A stretch of DNA of 64,000 nucleotides from Patescibacteria group bacterium (GCA_028707495.1 JAQWAS010000005.1:1065-65064); one strand, 5' to 3'; shown: positions 39,082 through 51,452, numbered from the stretch's first letter. Numbers and translations are program-made. The notes: generated by a model from the sequence alone, not told the origin.

Positions 39082-42009
39082 TTATTTTAGAGTAATATTT
39101 ATTTTAGGACTAACATAAGTATTTTGGCGATTGTCAACCACCTCTAAATAGAGCTGATAATTGCCAGTCGAAGGGGCCTCTGGCCAGGTTAAATATAAAT
39201 GTGACAAAGATTCGGGATTCGTTAAGGTGCCAATTAAATTAGTTTGATCGCCGGTTTGATAATAGAATTTAATTTGATAGATTGGTCGATTAAAACTAAC
39301 TGAGGCCGAAATATTTATGGGGAAGTCAGTTGAATTTAAAGTTTGATTAGCTTGAGGGTTAAACCAAAAAACTGTAGGTTGATTAATATTATAACTATTA
39401 TTAGTATAATTAAAATTAACTTCTTGGCTAGCGCTGTTGTCAAATTGATCATAAGCAACGGCTTTTAAGATATGTTGCCCGGATGATAAATTAAAAGCGT
39501 TGGTATTTAACATGTAGTAAGGTTGGGACTTAGAAGCGCCAATAAATTGATTATCAACATAATATTCAACCCGGGAAATGGTTCCTTGTTTGGCATTGGC
39601 TGTTGCTTGACATTGAATGGTTTCATTAAACGTGTTATTGGCTTGGGGTGAGATAATTTGAATTTCAGGTTGACTACCAGGTATGTGGACATCATCATAT
39701 TCGGTGGGTGGTTGTTCTTGGTTATAATTATTCTCTTCAGCCCAATGGCGAATAGTCTCTTCCCATTTTTCAAATTGAGAATCTTTTTCGGGTTTATCCG
39801 GAGCAGGACCGAGTGGATCGTTTTTATCTACATAATACAGAATGCTATGGACATCAAAATAGGTTTTTTCTTCAATCATACTGACAGGGGTAAAATCCGT
39901 TGCCAATTTGCCAGAAATTTTATCAATTTTAACTATTTGCTCATTACCAATTTGACCGTTTAACATCGGCTTATCTATTTCTGGTAAGTCTGGCATATCA
40001 GAAAATTTTTCAATTGGTTGTTTCTCTAAAGCTTGTTGCATAAAGTTGTGCCAAATTGGTCCAGCCATGACGCTACCACTAGCCCCTCGTTTCATTTCAG
40101 AGTTGTCATTATTACCCACCCAAACGCCAGTCACCAACGAGGGAGTGTAACCAATTGTCCAAGCATCGCGATAATCATTGGTGGTACCGGTTTTAGCTGC
40201 AACCGGGCGATCGCCAAGTTGTAAAGAAGAGTTTAAACCAAAAACATAAGCGCGGGCTTGATTATCAGATAATACATTATTAATAATTTGAGCTGTTTTT
40301 TTATTTAAAACACGTTTGGATTTAGCTTCTTCGGGTTTAAATTCAAACAAAATTTCATCTTTATCATCTACAATTTTTAAAATAGCCTGAGTGTCATATT
40401 TTAATCCTTCTTGACTTAAAACACCATAAGCAGCGGTGTGTTCAAGAAGTTTAACTTCGCCACCACCGAGGACTAAACTTAAACCATAGTGCTCAGCTGA
40501 TTTTAAAGTAGAATAACCGAAGTCTTTTAATAAATCTAAAACATCTTCTGGGCCAACCAAATATAACAATTTAACTGCTGGAATATTTAATGAGCCAGCT
40601 AAAGCTTGACGTAAGGAAACTGGACCATGACTTTCAGTGTCGTAATTGTGGGGGATATAATTACCACCATCACCACTGGAGCCAAAATTAGTTTCTAAAT
40701 CAAAAAGAATTGATTCAGGTTGATAACCATTATCAAAGGCTAGAGTATAAACAAAGGGTTTTAAGGACGAACCTGGTTGACGAGGGCGTAAAGTTACATT
40801 AACTTGGCCATCAATTTCTTCATTAAAAAAATCTTTAGAGCCAACCATGGTTAAAATTTCACCAGTTTTAGGATTGAGTGAAACCATGGCAGCATTACTG
40901 GCATTATATTGCTCGCCACGTTTTTCCATTTCTTGTTGAATAATTTCTTCAGCCATTTTTTGTTTATCAAAGTCTAAAGTTGTATAAACCTTAAAACCAC
41001 CATTTTCAATAGTACGTTCGCCATAGCGTTTAGTTAAAAGTTCTTTAATATACATGACAAAGTGCGGTGCATCAATATTTTCTCGTGGCGTTTTAATTTC
41101 CATAATTTCATCTTGAGCCTGCTTGGCTTCATCTTTGGTTATGTAATCTTCTTTAGCCATTAAGTTTAAAATATGATTACGCCGACCAAGTAAAACATCT
41201 TGATTATTAAAATAATAAGTTGGAGATTGAGGCATGGCAGCTAGGGTAGCGGCCTCAGCCAGGGTTAATTCGGTTGTGGATTTATGTAAAAAAGTTTGAG
41301 CCGCCGATTCAACACCATAAGCCGTTGAGCCATAAGGGATTTCGTTTAAATACATTTTTAAAATTTCATCCTTGGAGAATTTTTTTTCAATTTGATAAGA
41401 TAAAATTAATTCTTTGATTTTGCGACTGTAAGTTTTTTCTTTGGATAAAATAGCATTTTTAACAAATTGTTGGGTTAAAGTTGAGCCGCCAGCTGTTTGA
41501 CCTTTTAAAACATTAGTAATGGCGGTACGAAAAATAGCCCACAAGCTGAAACCTTTGTGATGATAAAAATCTTTATCCTCGGCGGCAATCGTGGCCCATT
41601 TTACATAATCGGGGATTTGGTCTAGTTCTAACAATGTTCTTTTTTGATCACCATGAACTTCATACAAAACATGTTCACCGGTGCGGTCATAGATTTTAGT
41701 ACTTTGAGCAACTGAGCGATCTAATAGATGGTTGGGGTCGGGTAAATCGCGGCTATACCAAGCAAAAGCACCGAGTAAAAAAATTGTGGCAATGAGAAAT
41801 AAAATTAAACCAACAGGAATTAGACGTTTAATTAATTGAGGGCTAATTTTAAAATTAGATCGGCAACTGCCTGGTCGGCGATATTTATAATTAAAAGTTT
41901 TAGGCGCGTTGGGTCTTTTTTTATGAGGAATAAAACTTGAACGCTGGTTGATTTGACGTTTACTCCAGTCGCGCGGTGATTTAGATGATGATAATTGAGG
42001 TATGGGCAT
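39082..42009 (-). CDS. Bifunctional penicillin-binding protein 1A (GT51 transglycosylase + transpeptidase) with C-terminal Ig/FN3-like extension
   Basis: GT51 motifs (EDKDFYHHKGF, GGSTLTQQ). Transpeptidase (SxxK region, KTGTT). N-terminal TM. 975 aa. Confidence 0.85.
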   Translation of the reverse strand: MPIPQLSSSKSPRDWSKRQINQRSSFIPHKKRPNAPKTFNYKYRRPGSCRSNFKISPQLIKRLIPVGLILFLIATIFLLGAFAWYSRDLPDPNHLLDRSVAQSTKIYDRTGEHVLYEVHGDQKRTLLELDQIPDYVKWATIAAEDKDFYHHKGFSLWAIFRTAITNVLKGQTAGGSTLTQQFVKNAILSKEKTYSRKIKELILSYQIEKKFSKDEILKMYLNEIPYGSTAYGVESAAQTFLHKSTTELTLAEAATLAAMPQSPTYYFNNQDVLLGRRNHILNLMAKEDYITKDEAKQAQDEIMEIKTPRENIDAPHFVMYIKELLTKRYGERTIENGGFKVYTTLDFDKQKMAEEIIQQEMEKRGEQYNASNAAMVSLNPKTGEILTMVGSKDFFNEEIDGQVNVTLRPRQPGSSLKPFVYTLAFDNGYQPESILFDLETNFGSSGDGGNYIPHNYDTESHGPVSLRQALAGSLNIPAVKLLYLVGPEDVLDLLKDFGYSTLKSAEHYGLSLVLGGGEVKLLEHTAAYGVLSQEGLKYDTQAILKIVDDKDEILFEFKPEEAKSKRVLNKKTAQIINNVLSDNQARAYVFGLNSSLQLGDRPVAAKTGTTNDYRDAWTIGYTPSLVTGVWVGNNDNSEMKRGASGSVMAGPIWHNFMQQALEKQPIEKFSDMPDLPEIDKPMLNGQIGNEQIVKIDKISGKLATDFTPVSMIEEKTYFDVHSILYYVDKNDPLGPAPDKPEKDSQFEKWEETIRHWAEENNYNQEQPPTEYDDVHIPGSQPEIQIISPQANNTFNETIQCQATANAKQGTISRVEYYVDNQFIGASKSQPYYMLNTNAFNLSSGQHILKAVAYDQFDNSASQEVNFNYTNNSYNINQPTVFWFNPQANQTLNSTDFPINISASVSFNRPIYQIKFYYQTGDQTNLIGTLTNPESLSHLYLTWPEAPSTGNYQLYLEVVDNRQNTYVSPKINITLK

Positions 42010-42150
42010 ATAAAAATTTAATTATAATATTATAGCAGAAAATAGCTTAGTTGAAAATATTTAATCTTGACATGTTTTTTAAAATATGATAACTTGGTTT
42101 TAAATAAAAAATATTTTTTGATCTTTCAAATAAAAAAACTAGGAGTTAAC

Positions 42151-42681
42151 GTGAAAATATTATTAGTGCCAAGTGGCAAAATTAATCCAGTTGATTGTTT
42201 AGAGGGGACTGATACACTCTTGAGATGTAAAAAGGCTTTAGAACTTTGGCAAACAGGGGTCTATAGTAAAGTTTTAGTGACTGGTGGAATTTGTTCTAAA
42301 CCCAAAATACAAACTCAGCCAGCCGGAACTTTAATGGCTCAATGGTTTGAGGAAAATGGCGTTTCTGCCTCTGATATTATAATTGAAGATCAATCTTTAG
42401 ACACTTTTGAAAACATAAGATTAAGTCTTCAAAAAATTTTAGATCTAGAGTCAGACTATGAAATTACAGTTGTAACTCAACAGCAACACGCTATGCGAAT
42501 GTGGATTACTTTCTTGTATGGTTATGGCTTGCTAGTTGGGATTTGTCCGGTTAAATATAAAAATTCTTTCAAAAATTGGTTGAGAGAATGGGGTTACTTG
42601 CTCTATCATTTGTATGACAGAAAAGGCACGAAGTTTTTAGCCAAGAAAAATCGTGATTCACGTCGACAAAAACAGGATTAA
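42151..42681 (+). CDS. DUF218 / YdcF-SanA-ElyC family protein
   Basis: GTG start after SD ctaggag. KVLVTGG and LDTFENI motifs typical of DUF218. Confidence 0.5.
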   Translation: MKILLVPSGKINPVDCLEGTDTLLRCKKALELWQTGVYSKVLVTGGICSKPKIQTQPAGTLMAQWFEENGVSASDIIIEDQSLDTFENIRLSLQKILDLESDYEITVVTQQQHAMRMWITFLYGYGLLVGICPVKYKNSFKNWLREWGYLLYHLYDRKGTKFLAKKNRDSRRQKQD

Positions 42682-42683
42682 CA

Positions 42684-42711
42684 GGGTCTCGCTTCTAGCG
42701 AGACCTTTTAA
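42684..42711 (+). terminator. Intrinsic terminator
   Basis: gggtctcgc-ttcta-gcgagacc + tttta. Confidence 0.55.
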
Positions 42712-42754
42712 ATTGGCTTGTTTTTAAAGCCAATTATTGATATAATTAAAATAT

Positions 42755-43951
42755 ATGATATCAACAAACAATCAAAAAATCAAAAATTTATTAACCCGAG
42801 GCGTGGAAAATATCTATCCATCAGCCGATTTTTTAGAATCTAAATTAAAATCAGGCCAAAAATTAAAACTATATCTAGGTATTGATCCAACGGGACCAGA
42901 CTTACACTTAGGTCATGCTATTCCATTGATGAAAATGAGAGAATTTCAGGAACTAGGACACCAAGTAATTGTTTTAATTGGTGATTTTACTGGACAAATT
43001 GGTGATCCGACCGGCAAACAAGAAGCGCGTCAAATATTAACTTACCAACAAGTTAAAAATAATGCTAAAAATTATAAAAAACAAATTAGCAAAATTTTAA
43101 ATTTAAGACAGACTAAGTTTGAATATAATTCGAGGTGGTGGAATAAAATGAAATTAGTTGATTTTTTAAAATTATCAACACACTTTACGGTTCAACAAAC
43201 TTTAAATCGTGATATGTTTAAAAAAAGGATGGAAAAAGAAAAAGATTTATATTTAAACGAATTATATTATCCATTAATGCAAGCTTACGATTCAGTCGCC
43301 ATGGGAGTTGATGGTGAAATTGGTGGCAATGATCAGATGTTTAATATGCTAGCTGGTCGAACTTTAATGAAAAAATTGAAAGACAAAGAAAAATTTGTTT
43401 TAACTACCAAATTGTTAGAAGATCCAACTGGCAAGAAAATGGGTAAAACTGAGGGCAATATGATTACTTTAAAAGATAGTCCCCAAGAGATGTTTGGTAA
43501 AATAATGAGCTGGCCAGATGAGATGATTTTGCCGGGTTTTGAATTGTGCACGCGGTTAGATCTGGCAGAAATTACCAAATTCAAACAAGCCATGGATGGT
43601 GGGGTTAATCCACGCGATTACAAAATTAAACTAGCCTTAGAGGTGGTAGCCTTTTATCACGGAGTTGATAAAGCCAAACAAGCCGAAGTAGAATTTGCTA
43701 AAATTTTTAAAAATAAAGATTTGCCCGATGAGATGTCTGAATTTAAAGTTCAACACAGCTCAATGGACATTTTAGATTTATTAGTTGCAACGGGTTTAGT
43801 TAAAAGCAAAGGGCAAGCCAGACGCTTAATTGAACAAAAAGGGGTTAAGATTGATCAACAAGTTGTGAATGGGATTGATGAAATTGAAATTAAAAATAAT
43901 ATGGTTTTACAGGTTGGTAAAAGACAGTTTGTTAGGTTAGTCCTTGACTAA
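42755..43951 (+). CDS. tyrS: Tyrosyl-tRNA synthetase
   Basis: HIGH motif HLGHAIP, KMSKS motif KMGKT, C-terminal S4-like domain. Confidence 0.85.
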   Translation: MISTNNQKIKNLLTRGVENIYPSADFLESKLKSGQKLKLYLGIDPTGPDLHLGHAIPLMKMREFQELGHQVIVLIGDFTGQIGDPTGKQEARQILTYQQVKNNAKNYKKQISKILNLRQTKFEYNSRWWNKMKLVDFLKLSTHFTVQQTLNRDMFKKRMEKEKDLYLNELYYPLMQAYDSVAMGVDGEIGGNDQMFNMLAGRTLMKKLKDKEKFVLTTKLLEDPTGKKMGKTEGNMITLKDSPQEMFGKIMSWPDEMILPGFELCTRLDLAEITKFKQAMDGGVNPRDYKIKLALEVVAFYHGVDKAKQAEVEFAKIFKNKDLPDEMSEFKVQHSSMDILDLLVATGLVKSKGQARRLIEQKGVKIDQQVVNGIDEIEIKNNMVLQVGKRQFVRLVLD

Positions 43952-44021
43952 ATTTTTTAAATACGCTAAAATAAATTTATTCAGGTTAACTGGATTTTTT
44001 ATTAACTAAAAAAAGATATTT

Positions 44022-44582
44022 ATGTTAAAAATTCGTTTAATGCGTTTTGGCAAGAAAAAACAACCAACTTATCGTTTGGTAGTTTCTGAACAGCATCGAG
44101 ACATGAAAGGAAGCTTTATTGAAAGCTTGGGTTTTTATAATCCACGTCAAAATCCTAGTCAAAAAGAATTAAAAGCTGATAGAATTAAATATTGGTTATC
44201 AAATGGCGCACAAGCTTCACCGACAGTTCATAATTTATTAGTCGATGAAAAAGTAATTGATGGTCCTAAAGTAAAAGCTACGCGAGGCAAAAAACAAGCA
44301 GAGGCCGAGACGACTACAGAAGAAAAAACCACAAAGACGGAAACTCCAAGCATTACGAATACGCCAGATGAGAATAAGGATCAAATTGCAGAAAAAATAA
44401 CCGAGGAGATACCAGCCGAAACAACTGCTGAAATTTCAGCTGAGAATTTAGAAAATGCAGAGCCAGTAGTTGAATCTAATTTAACTCAAGAAGCTCCAGT
44501 TGAAACAGCTGAAAAAAATGAAACACCGGTCACCGATCAAAAAGATCAATCAGCACCAGCAGAAACATCAGAAAATAATTAA
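44022..44582 (+). CDS. rpsP: 30S ribosomal protein S16 with acidic low-complexity C-terminal extension
   Basis: [21 protein letters not shown]...GFYNPR. Confidence 0.85.
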   Translation: MLKIRLMRFGKKKQPTYRLVVSEQHRDMKGSFIESLGFYNPRQNPSQKELKADRIKYWLSNGAQASPTVHNLLVDEKVIDGPKVKATRGKKQAEAETTTEEKTTKTETPSITNTPDENKDQIAEKITEEIPAETTAEISAENLENAEPVVESNLTQEAPVETAEKNETPVTDQKDQSAPAETSENN

Positions 44583-44727
44583 CATTTTCTCCACAGGTTT
44601 CAATTGACAGGTATTTGATATTTTGCTAGTATATATGTATGATAGCTGTTAAGAAGTATCGCTGACTTTCAGCGAGAATCTTAGGTCGACAGTTTGATCA
44701 TTTAATTATTTCCGTAAGTTAAGAAAA

Positions 44728-45045
44728 ATGACTCAAGTACAAGATAAAGAATTTGTTGAATATATAGTTAAAGCTATTGTCAACAATCCTAAAGATGTAG
44801 TTGTTGATAGAACCGTCGATGAAATGGGAGTTTTACTTTCACTCAAGGTTAATCCTGAGGATATGGGTCAAGTTATTGGTCGTTCAGGCCAAGTAGCCAG
44901 ATCATTGAGAACTCTTATTCGCATTATCGGAGCTAAAAACAATGCTCGTGTCAACTTGAAAATTGAAGAACCAGAAGGTTCACAAAGAGCTGTTAAACCA
45001 GCTACTGAAGAAAAAGTTGACAGTGTTGACGATTTAAAGTTATAA
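44728..45045 (+). CDS. KH-domain RNA-binding protein (YlqC/UPF0109-like)
   Basis: GVLLSLKVNPEDMGQVIGRSGQVARSLRTLI has the KH GxxG loop. Conserved rpsP-KH-trmD context. Confidence 0.7.
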   Translation: MTQVQDKEFVEYIVKAIVNNPKDVVVDRTVDEMGVLLSLKVNPEDMGQVIGRSGQVARSLRTLIRIIGAKNNARVNLKIEEPEGSQRAVKPATEEKVDSVDDLKL

Positions 45046-45065
45046 ACGTCCATTTAAATATAAAA

Positions 45066-45099
45066 CAAAAATCGTAATGCTTAGCGTTACGGTTTTTGT
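45066..45099 (+). terminator. Intrinsic terminator after KH-domain gene
   Basis: cgtaatgc-ttag-cgttacg + gtttttgttt. Confidence 0.5.
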
Positions 45100-45110
45100 T
45101 TAACTGAAAA

Positions 45111-45779
45111 ATGCAATTCGATATTTTAACAATTTTTCCACAGGCCTTTGAATCGTATTTTAATTCAAGTATTTTAAAAAAAGCTCAGGCCAATAAAAAA
45201 ATTAAAATTAATTTACACGACATCCGTCAATTTACAACAGATAAACATCATACGGTTGATGACAAACCTTACGGCGGTGGGGTCGGTATGGTTTTAAAAT
45301 TCGAACCGGTTTATCGGACATTAAGCCGAATTAAACGTAAGTCTAAAAGTAAAGTTATTTTGTTTGAAGCAGGCGGAAAAGAATTTACTCAACGGCAAGC
45401 TCAGGGTTTAAGTAAATTAGATCAATTGATTATGATTTGCGGTCATTATGAGGGTTTAGATGCGCGGATAAACAAGTTGGTAGATTTAAAAATTTCTGTC
45501 GGTAATTACGTCTTGACAGGCGGAGAAATACCAGCTATGATAGTAGTCGACACAATTAGCCGTTTAATTCCAGGAGTTTTAGGAAAAGCGGAATCATTTA
45601 AGCGCGATACATTTTATCGGCCGGGTTATAAAAAATATCCACAATATACTCGACCAGGAAAAATTATTTTTAAAAATAAAAAAGGTTTTAAAAAAGAATT
45701 AAAAGTTCCTCAAGTGTTATTATCTGGTAATCACCAAGCTATTCAACTTTGGCAAGAAAAACACAGCCAAAACACTTGA
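45111..45779 (+). CDS. trmD: tRNA (guanine37-N1)-methyltransferase
   Basis: MQFDILTIFPQAFESYF..., SPOUT-knot region GGEIPAMIVVDTISRL. Confidence 0.85.
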   Translation: MQFDILTIFPQAFESYFNSSILKKAQANKKIKINLHDIRQFTTDKHHTVDDKPYGGGVGMVLKFEPVYRTLSRIKRKSKSKVILFEAGGKEFTQRQAQGLSKLDQLIMICGHYEGLDARINKLVDLKISVGNYVLTGGEIPAMIVVDTISRLIPGVLGKAESFKRDTFYRPGYKKYPQYTRPGKIIFKNKKGFKKELKVPQVLLSGNHQAIQLWQEKHSQNT

Positions 45780-45804
45780 CATGATTTTAAATAAACATTA
45801 ATAT
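45776..45804 (+). promoter_or_regulatory. Sigma70-type promoter for 16S rRNA (TTGACA-17-TAATAT)
   Basis: ttgaca at 45776-45781, 17-nt spacer, taatat at 45799-45804, ~75 nt upstream of the 16S 5' end. Confidence 0.5.
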
Positions 45805-45880
45805 ATATTGGTAAGAACTTTAACAACTGAAAAATGACAAGAAATAGTTCAAATTAAATCAAACAATATTCTATTCTATG

Positions 45881-47359
<1,479 letters not shown>

Positions 47360-47443
47360 CTAAGGAGACAAATCGATCACAATTAGTGGTTATGTATTAC
47401 GGTCGATCTGTTTCTTGTCATTTTCTAGTTGTTAAAGCAAAAA

Positions 47444-47478
47444 CAAAAAAATCGAGTTTTAAGACTTGATTTTTTTAA
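47444..47478 (+). terminator. Intrinsic terminator immediately downstream of 16S
   Basis: aaatcgagt-tttaag-acttgattt hairpin + 7 T. Confidence 0.5.
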
Positions 47479-47571
47479 TAAATAAGTTTAAAATATAAAA
47501 AGCATAAAAAAAATTAATTATTTGCTTATTTAAAGCGATTGAATTTTTTACAAAATTAAAAGTAGGAATTT

Positions 47572-47648
47572 GGGCGCGTAGCTCAGTTGGTTAGAGCGCG
47601 TCACTGATAATGACGAGGTCCGAGGTTCAACTCCTCGCGCGCCCACCA
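47572..47648 (+). tRNA. tRNA-Ile (anticodon GAT), CCA encoded
   Basis: gggcgcgtagctcagttggttagagcgcgtcactGATaatgacgaggtccgaggttcaactcctcgcgcgcccacca. Cloverleaf checked by hand. Confidence 0.85.
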
Positions 47649-47651
47649 AAT

Positions 47652-47690
47652 AAAAAAAATGAGTCTAAGCTCATTTTTTTGTTTTTTTTA
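47652..47690. terminator. Bidirectional terminator (tRNA-Ile / rlmN convergent)
   Basis: A-tract, aatgag-tctaag-ctcatt hairpin, T-tract. Confidence 0.55.
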
Positions 47691-47699
47691 AACAAAATT

Positions 47700-48614
47700 T
47701 TATTTAGTATTTTTATTATAATAATGTCTTCTTAATTGCCCACATCCCGCTTTAACATCAGTGCCAGTTGAAATAAATTCGCAAGTTTTTATTCCCTCTG
47801 TATTAAGTATTTTTTTAAAGAGATTAAAAGTTTTTTGGCTAGAAGATTTTAAGTTATTAAAATCGTTTAAATTGCTTAATTTAATTATAAATGGATATGG
47901 TTTGAGTAAATTAGCTAATTCAAAAGCGTGTTTTGGTGAATCATTAAGACCGGCAATTAAAACATAGTTAACTTTTGAGGATATGTTTTTGACAGATGAA
48001 AAATATTTTAATGCCCTTAGAGCTGGTTGTATTTTTTGTGCTTTTGGTAATATTTTTTTGCGTAACGCATCTGTTGGTGCGTGTAACGATAGATGAAGAT
48101 TTAGAACGGTATTTATTTTTTCGTGTGCGAGTTTTCTCATTAACGTCGGATTAATCCCTAAGGTGGATATTGTTGTTCTGGAATTGGGGAATTTTTCAAT
48201 AAGTTTTTTAATACTATTTATCGTGTTTGTATAATTGAGAAATGGCTCACCCATTCCCATGTATGAAAATAATATTTTTTTTGCATCAAATTTTTTCAGA
48301 TTTTTTAAAGGTAAGAGAATATTATCCACTTGTTGTATTATTTCATTTGAACTTAAATTACGTATAAAACTTTTATTGTTGGATGAGTCGTCTGGATTTG
48401 TTGTGGCACAAAAAAGACAACCCATGGCACAGCCAATTTGCGAAGAAATACAAACAATATGTTCGTCTATATCATAGTACCCGGTTTCAATAATGTGATT
48501 ATCGTTTGTTAGTTGTAGGTATTTAATTGTTTTTCCGTCTTTAGATCGGAATGATTTTAATAATTTCACTTCAAACAAATAAAAAATTAAATTAGGTAAT
48601 ATATTTTTTAACAA
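47700..48614 (-). CDS. rlmN: Radical-SAM 23S rRNA/tRNA adenine-C2 methyltransferase RlmN/Cfr family
   Basis: Radical SAM CxxxCxxC (GCAMGCLFCATT) and C-terminal conserved Cys pair (...GTDVKAGCGQL). Confidence 0.7.
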   Translation of the reverse strand: MLKNILPNLIFYLFEVKLLKSFRSKDGKTIKYLQLTNDNHIIETGYYDIDEHIVCISSQIGCAMGCLFCATTNPDDSSNNKSFIRNLSSNEIIQQVDNILLPLKNLKKFDAKKILFSYMGMGEPFLNYTNTINSIKKLIEKFPNSRTTISTLGINPTLMRKLAHEKINTVLNLHLSLHAPTDALRKKILPKAQKIQPALRALKYFSSVKNISSKVNYVLIAGLNDSPKHAFELANLLKPYPFIIKLSNLNDFNNLKSSSQKTFNLFKKILNTEGIKTCEFISTGTDVKAGCGQLRRHYYNKNTK

Positions 48615-49429
48615 TTGTTAATCGTATTTTCCAAAAGTTTAGCCACGGTGATAGGACCAACACCGCCAGGGGTGGGGGTAATTAATTTAGCTTTGTGTTT
48701 AATTTTGTCACAATTAACATCGCCACAACATTTATGATGAACAAAAGACGAGCCAGCATCAATAACAACGGCACCTTTTTTAATATAATCTTGGCTAATT
48801 ATTTTAGCTTTACCCACGCCAGTGATTAAAATATCAGCTTGTTGAGTGATTTTTTTTAAATTTTTAGTTTTGGCATTACAGACACTTACTGTCGCCTTGG
48901 AATTCAAAAGCATATTAATCAAAGGTTTGCCGACTAAACGACCAGCACCAACAACAACGATATGTTGACTTTCTAATTTAATTTTATATCTTTTAAAAAT
49001 TTCTAAAATAGCTCCAATCGTGGGCGGAATAAAATTATAATTGCCAGTAATTAATTTTCCTAAGTTGATTTCAGTTAAACAATCGACATCAATATTAGGT
49101 TGAATAGCATTTAAAACTTCATCGGTTGATATTTTTGATGGTAATGGTAATTGAACAATTAAACCTTGTAACTTATTTTTTTGCTGTAAATTTTGAATAG
49201 CTACAATTAATTTATTTTGAGAAATAGTGGCCGGTAATTTTTCTAAAATAAATTTTATACCAATTGATTCAGCGACTTTAGCTTTTCGATTAACATAAAG
49301 TTTAGAGGCCGGATCATTGCCGACTAAAACCACAGCTAAATGGGGTTTAATTTTTAAACCAATCACTTGTTTTTTAAGTCTGGTTAAAATTTGTTGACTT
49401 ATTTTTTTTCCATCTACGACTTGAGCCAT
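48608..49429 (-). CDS. folD: Bifunctional methylenetetrahydrofolate dehydrogenase/cyclohydrolase
   Basis: MAQVVDGKKISQQI..., LAVVLVGNDPASKLYVNRK, Rossmann GxGxxVG (VGAGRLVGKP), C-terminal PGGVGPITVA. Confidence 0.85.
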   Translation of the reverse strand: MAQVVDGKKISQQILTRLKKQVIGLKIKPHLAVVLVGNDPASKLYVNRKAKVAESIGIKFILEKLPATISQNKLIVAIQNLQQKNKLQGLIVQLPLPSKISTDEVLNAIQPNIDVDCLTEINLGKLITGNYNFIPPTIGAILEIFKRYKIKLESQHIVVVGAGRLVGKPLINMLLNSKATVSVCNAKTKNLKKITQQADILITGVGKAKIISQDYIKKGAVVIDAGSSFVHHKCCGDVNCDKIKHKAKLITPTPGGVGPITVAKLLENTINNC

Positions 49430-49433
49430 AAAA

Positions 49434-50687
49434 TTAAAATAAATTATTTTGTTGTATTTTATTAATAGAATCGGTCACATTAATTATACCATAAATTCCA
49501 TCATAGCCCTCTTGAATTTTAACTTTACCTTGGCGCATATTTAAAATGCCTTGGGTAATTTCCGGAGTGGTTATATTTTTTAGCTGAGCTTCATTTAAAT
49601 CTAATAAAATATTAAATTCATTTTGGCCGTGTTTAATTAAGTTATCATATTCTTGAGCAACTTTTTTGGTTTTAGTACCGCAGTTAAAAACTTGAGCAAT
49701 AATTTCTTTAAGCGGGATTAAATTTTTAAAGGGAATAGAATTGGTGGGTTTAAAACCTGGTTGGCGGTCGCTTAATTCGGTGATGCGATATGAGACTCCT
49801 ACGGTCAACGGTTTTTTACAAACTGGGCAGATACCTTTATTTTTTAAAGTTTCTTGAGGAGAAAAGCAGACATTGCATTTACGATGGCCGTCGTAGTGGT
49901 ATTTGCCTTCTTGAGGATAAAATTCTAGAGTATGTAAAAATTTATTTTTATCTTTATTTTTTAAAGTTTGATAAATATTATCATAGCTAGGTTGATCAAA
50001 ATTAAAAACATTGGCTTCACGACCTAAATTTTCTGGCGAGTGAGCGTCGGAATTAGAAACTAAACTTAAACGATTTAAATGTGACCATTGCCAGTTCATG
50101 GCTGGGTCTGATGATAAGCCGGTTTCAGCTGCAAAAATATACGGAGTTAAATCTTCAAAACATTCCTCGATTGAATTAAAGCCTGATTTAGAACCAAAAA
50201 GTGAAAACCATGGTGTCCAAATATGAGCTGGAATAATTAAAGCTTGATCATTAATTTCCAAGGCGATTTGGGCCAAAACTTTAGCGTCTAAACCTAGAAT
50301 GGGGCGGCCGTCAGATTTAATATTACCAATTTTATCTAATTTAACATTAAATTTTTTAACACTTTTTAAATCAGGAAATAAAATTAAAACATGGATGCGA
50401 CGGCATTGATCGTTTTTTTTATAAATACAACTAATCTCAGTTGATAAAATAAAATAGAGTTTTTTGTCAGGTTGGGCGATGGGCTTTTTTAAAATAAATA
50501 AACCATTATCTAAGGGTTGAAGTTTGGTTTTAATCTCATTAAACCAAGCTGGAAAAGTATAATCGCCAGTAGCTAAAATATCAATGCCCTTAATTTTTGC
50601 CCATTGGTCTAGATTTTTTAAATCAGAATTTTTTGAAGTTGCTCTAGAGTATTTTGAATGAATATGGAGGTCGGCAATAAATTGCAT
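49434..50687 (-). CDS. PHP-domain protein with zinc-finger (EndoQ/TIGR00375-like)
   Basis: N-terminal ADLHIHSKYS PHP motif. CPVCKKPL zinc ribbon near C-terminus. Confidence 0.45.
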   Translation of the reverse strand: MQFIADLHIHSKYSRATSKNSDLKNLDQWAKIKGIDILATGDYTFPAWFNEIKTKLQPLDNGLFILKKPIAQPDKKLYFILSTEISCIYKKNDQCRRIHVLILFPDLKSVKKFNVKLDKIGNIKSDGRPILGLDAKVLAQIALEINDQALIIPAHIWTPWFSLFGSKSGFNSIEECFEDLTPYIFAAETGLSSDPAMNWQWSHLNRLSLVSNSDAHSPENLGREANVFNFDQPSYDNIYQTLKNKDKNKFLHTLEFYPQEGKYHYDGHRKCNVCFSPQETLKNKGICPVCKKPLTVGVSYRITELSDRQPGFKPTNSIPFKNLIPLKEIIAQVFNCGTKTKKVAQEYDNLIKHGQNEFNILLDLNEAQLKNITTPEITQGILNMRQGKVKIQEGYDGIYGIINVTDSINKIQQNNLF

Positions 50688-50696
50688 ATATGATTT

Positions 50697-51452
50697 TTAA
50701 AAAAGATTTTGATTTAAAATTTGTTCAGCTAGCTTCAAATGTTCTTGAGTATTAATACCTATACCCTGTTCGGGCGGAATTTGAACAGTTGGAATTTGAT
50801 GTCCTTGTTGAATTGCTAAGCCAACCAAATCGGTAATATAATATTCGTTGGAATTATTTTGGTTATTTAATTGATCAATATTTTTCCATAGCCAGTCGGT
50901 TTGAAACATAAATAAACTGGGATTAATTTCGGTAATTTGTTTTTCGTCATCGGTGGCATCTTTAAATTCTCTAATGCCAATAATTTGGTTTTGATTATTA
51001 CGCAAAATGCGTCCACCTTTTTCAAAGGTTTGCCATTGATTTTCAAAATTAGGCACTTTAACAGTTAACATGCTTAAAACACTTTGATGTTCTTGATGAA
51101 TTTGATGTAATTTTTGCAGAGTAGTTGTTTTAACAAGTGGACCATCGCCATTTAAAACTGCCACATTATCGATAGATTGTTGAATTAACAAATCTTTAGC
51201 ACAAGCCAAAGCATGGCCGGTGCCAAGCTGTTGAGACTGGATAGCATAATAACATTTATCACTTAGATGTTGTTGAATTAAGTCGCTTTCAGGATTAATA
51301 ATTAAAATTGGTTTAGAAGTTAAACCAGAATTAATTACGCTTTGAATTAAATAATCAATCATCGGCTGGCCATTTAAAGTGTGCATGACTTTAGGTAAAT
51401 CAGATTGCATGCGCTTGCCTTTGCCAGCCGCTAAAATAACAACTTGAGTCAT
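50697..51452 (-). CDS. Sugar-phosphate nucleotidyltransferase (GlmU N-terminal-like)
   Basis: VVILAAGKGKRMQSDLPKVMHTL nucleotidyltransferase signature. 251 aa, no LbH acetyltransferase domain. Confidence 0.6.
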   Translation of the reverse strand: MTQVVILAAGKGKRMQSDLPKVMHTLNGQPMIDYLIQSVINSGLTSKPILIINPESDLIQQHLSDKCYYAIQSQQLGTGHALACAKDLLIQQSIDNVAVLNGDGPLVKTTTLQKLHQIHQEHQSVLSMLTVKVPNFENQWQTFEKGGRILRNNQNQIIGIREFKDATDDEKQITEINPSLFMFQTDWLWKNIDQLNNQNNSNEYYITDLVGLAIQQGHQIPTVQIPPEQGIGINTQEHLKLAEQILNQNLF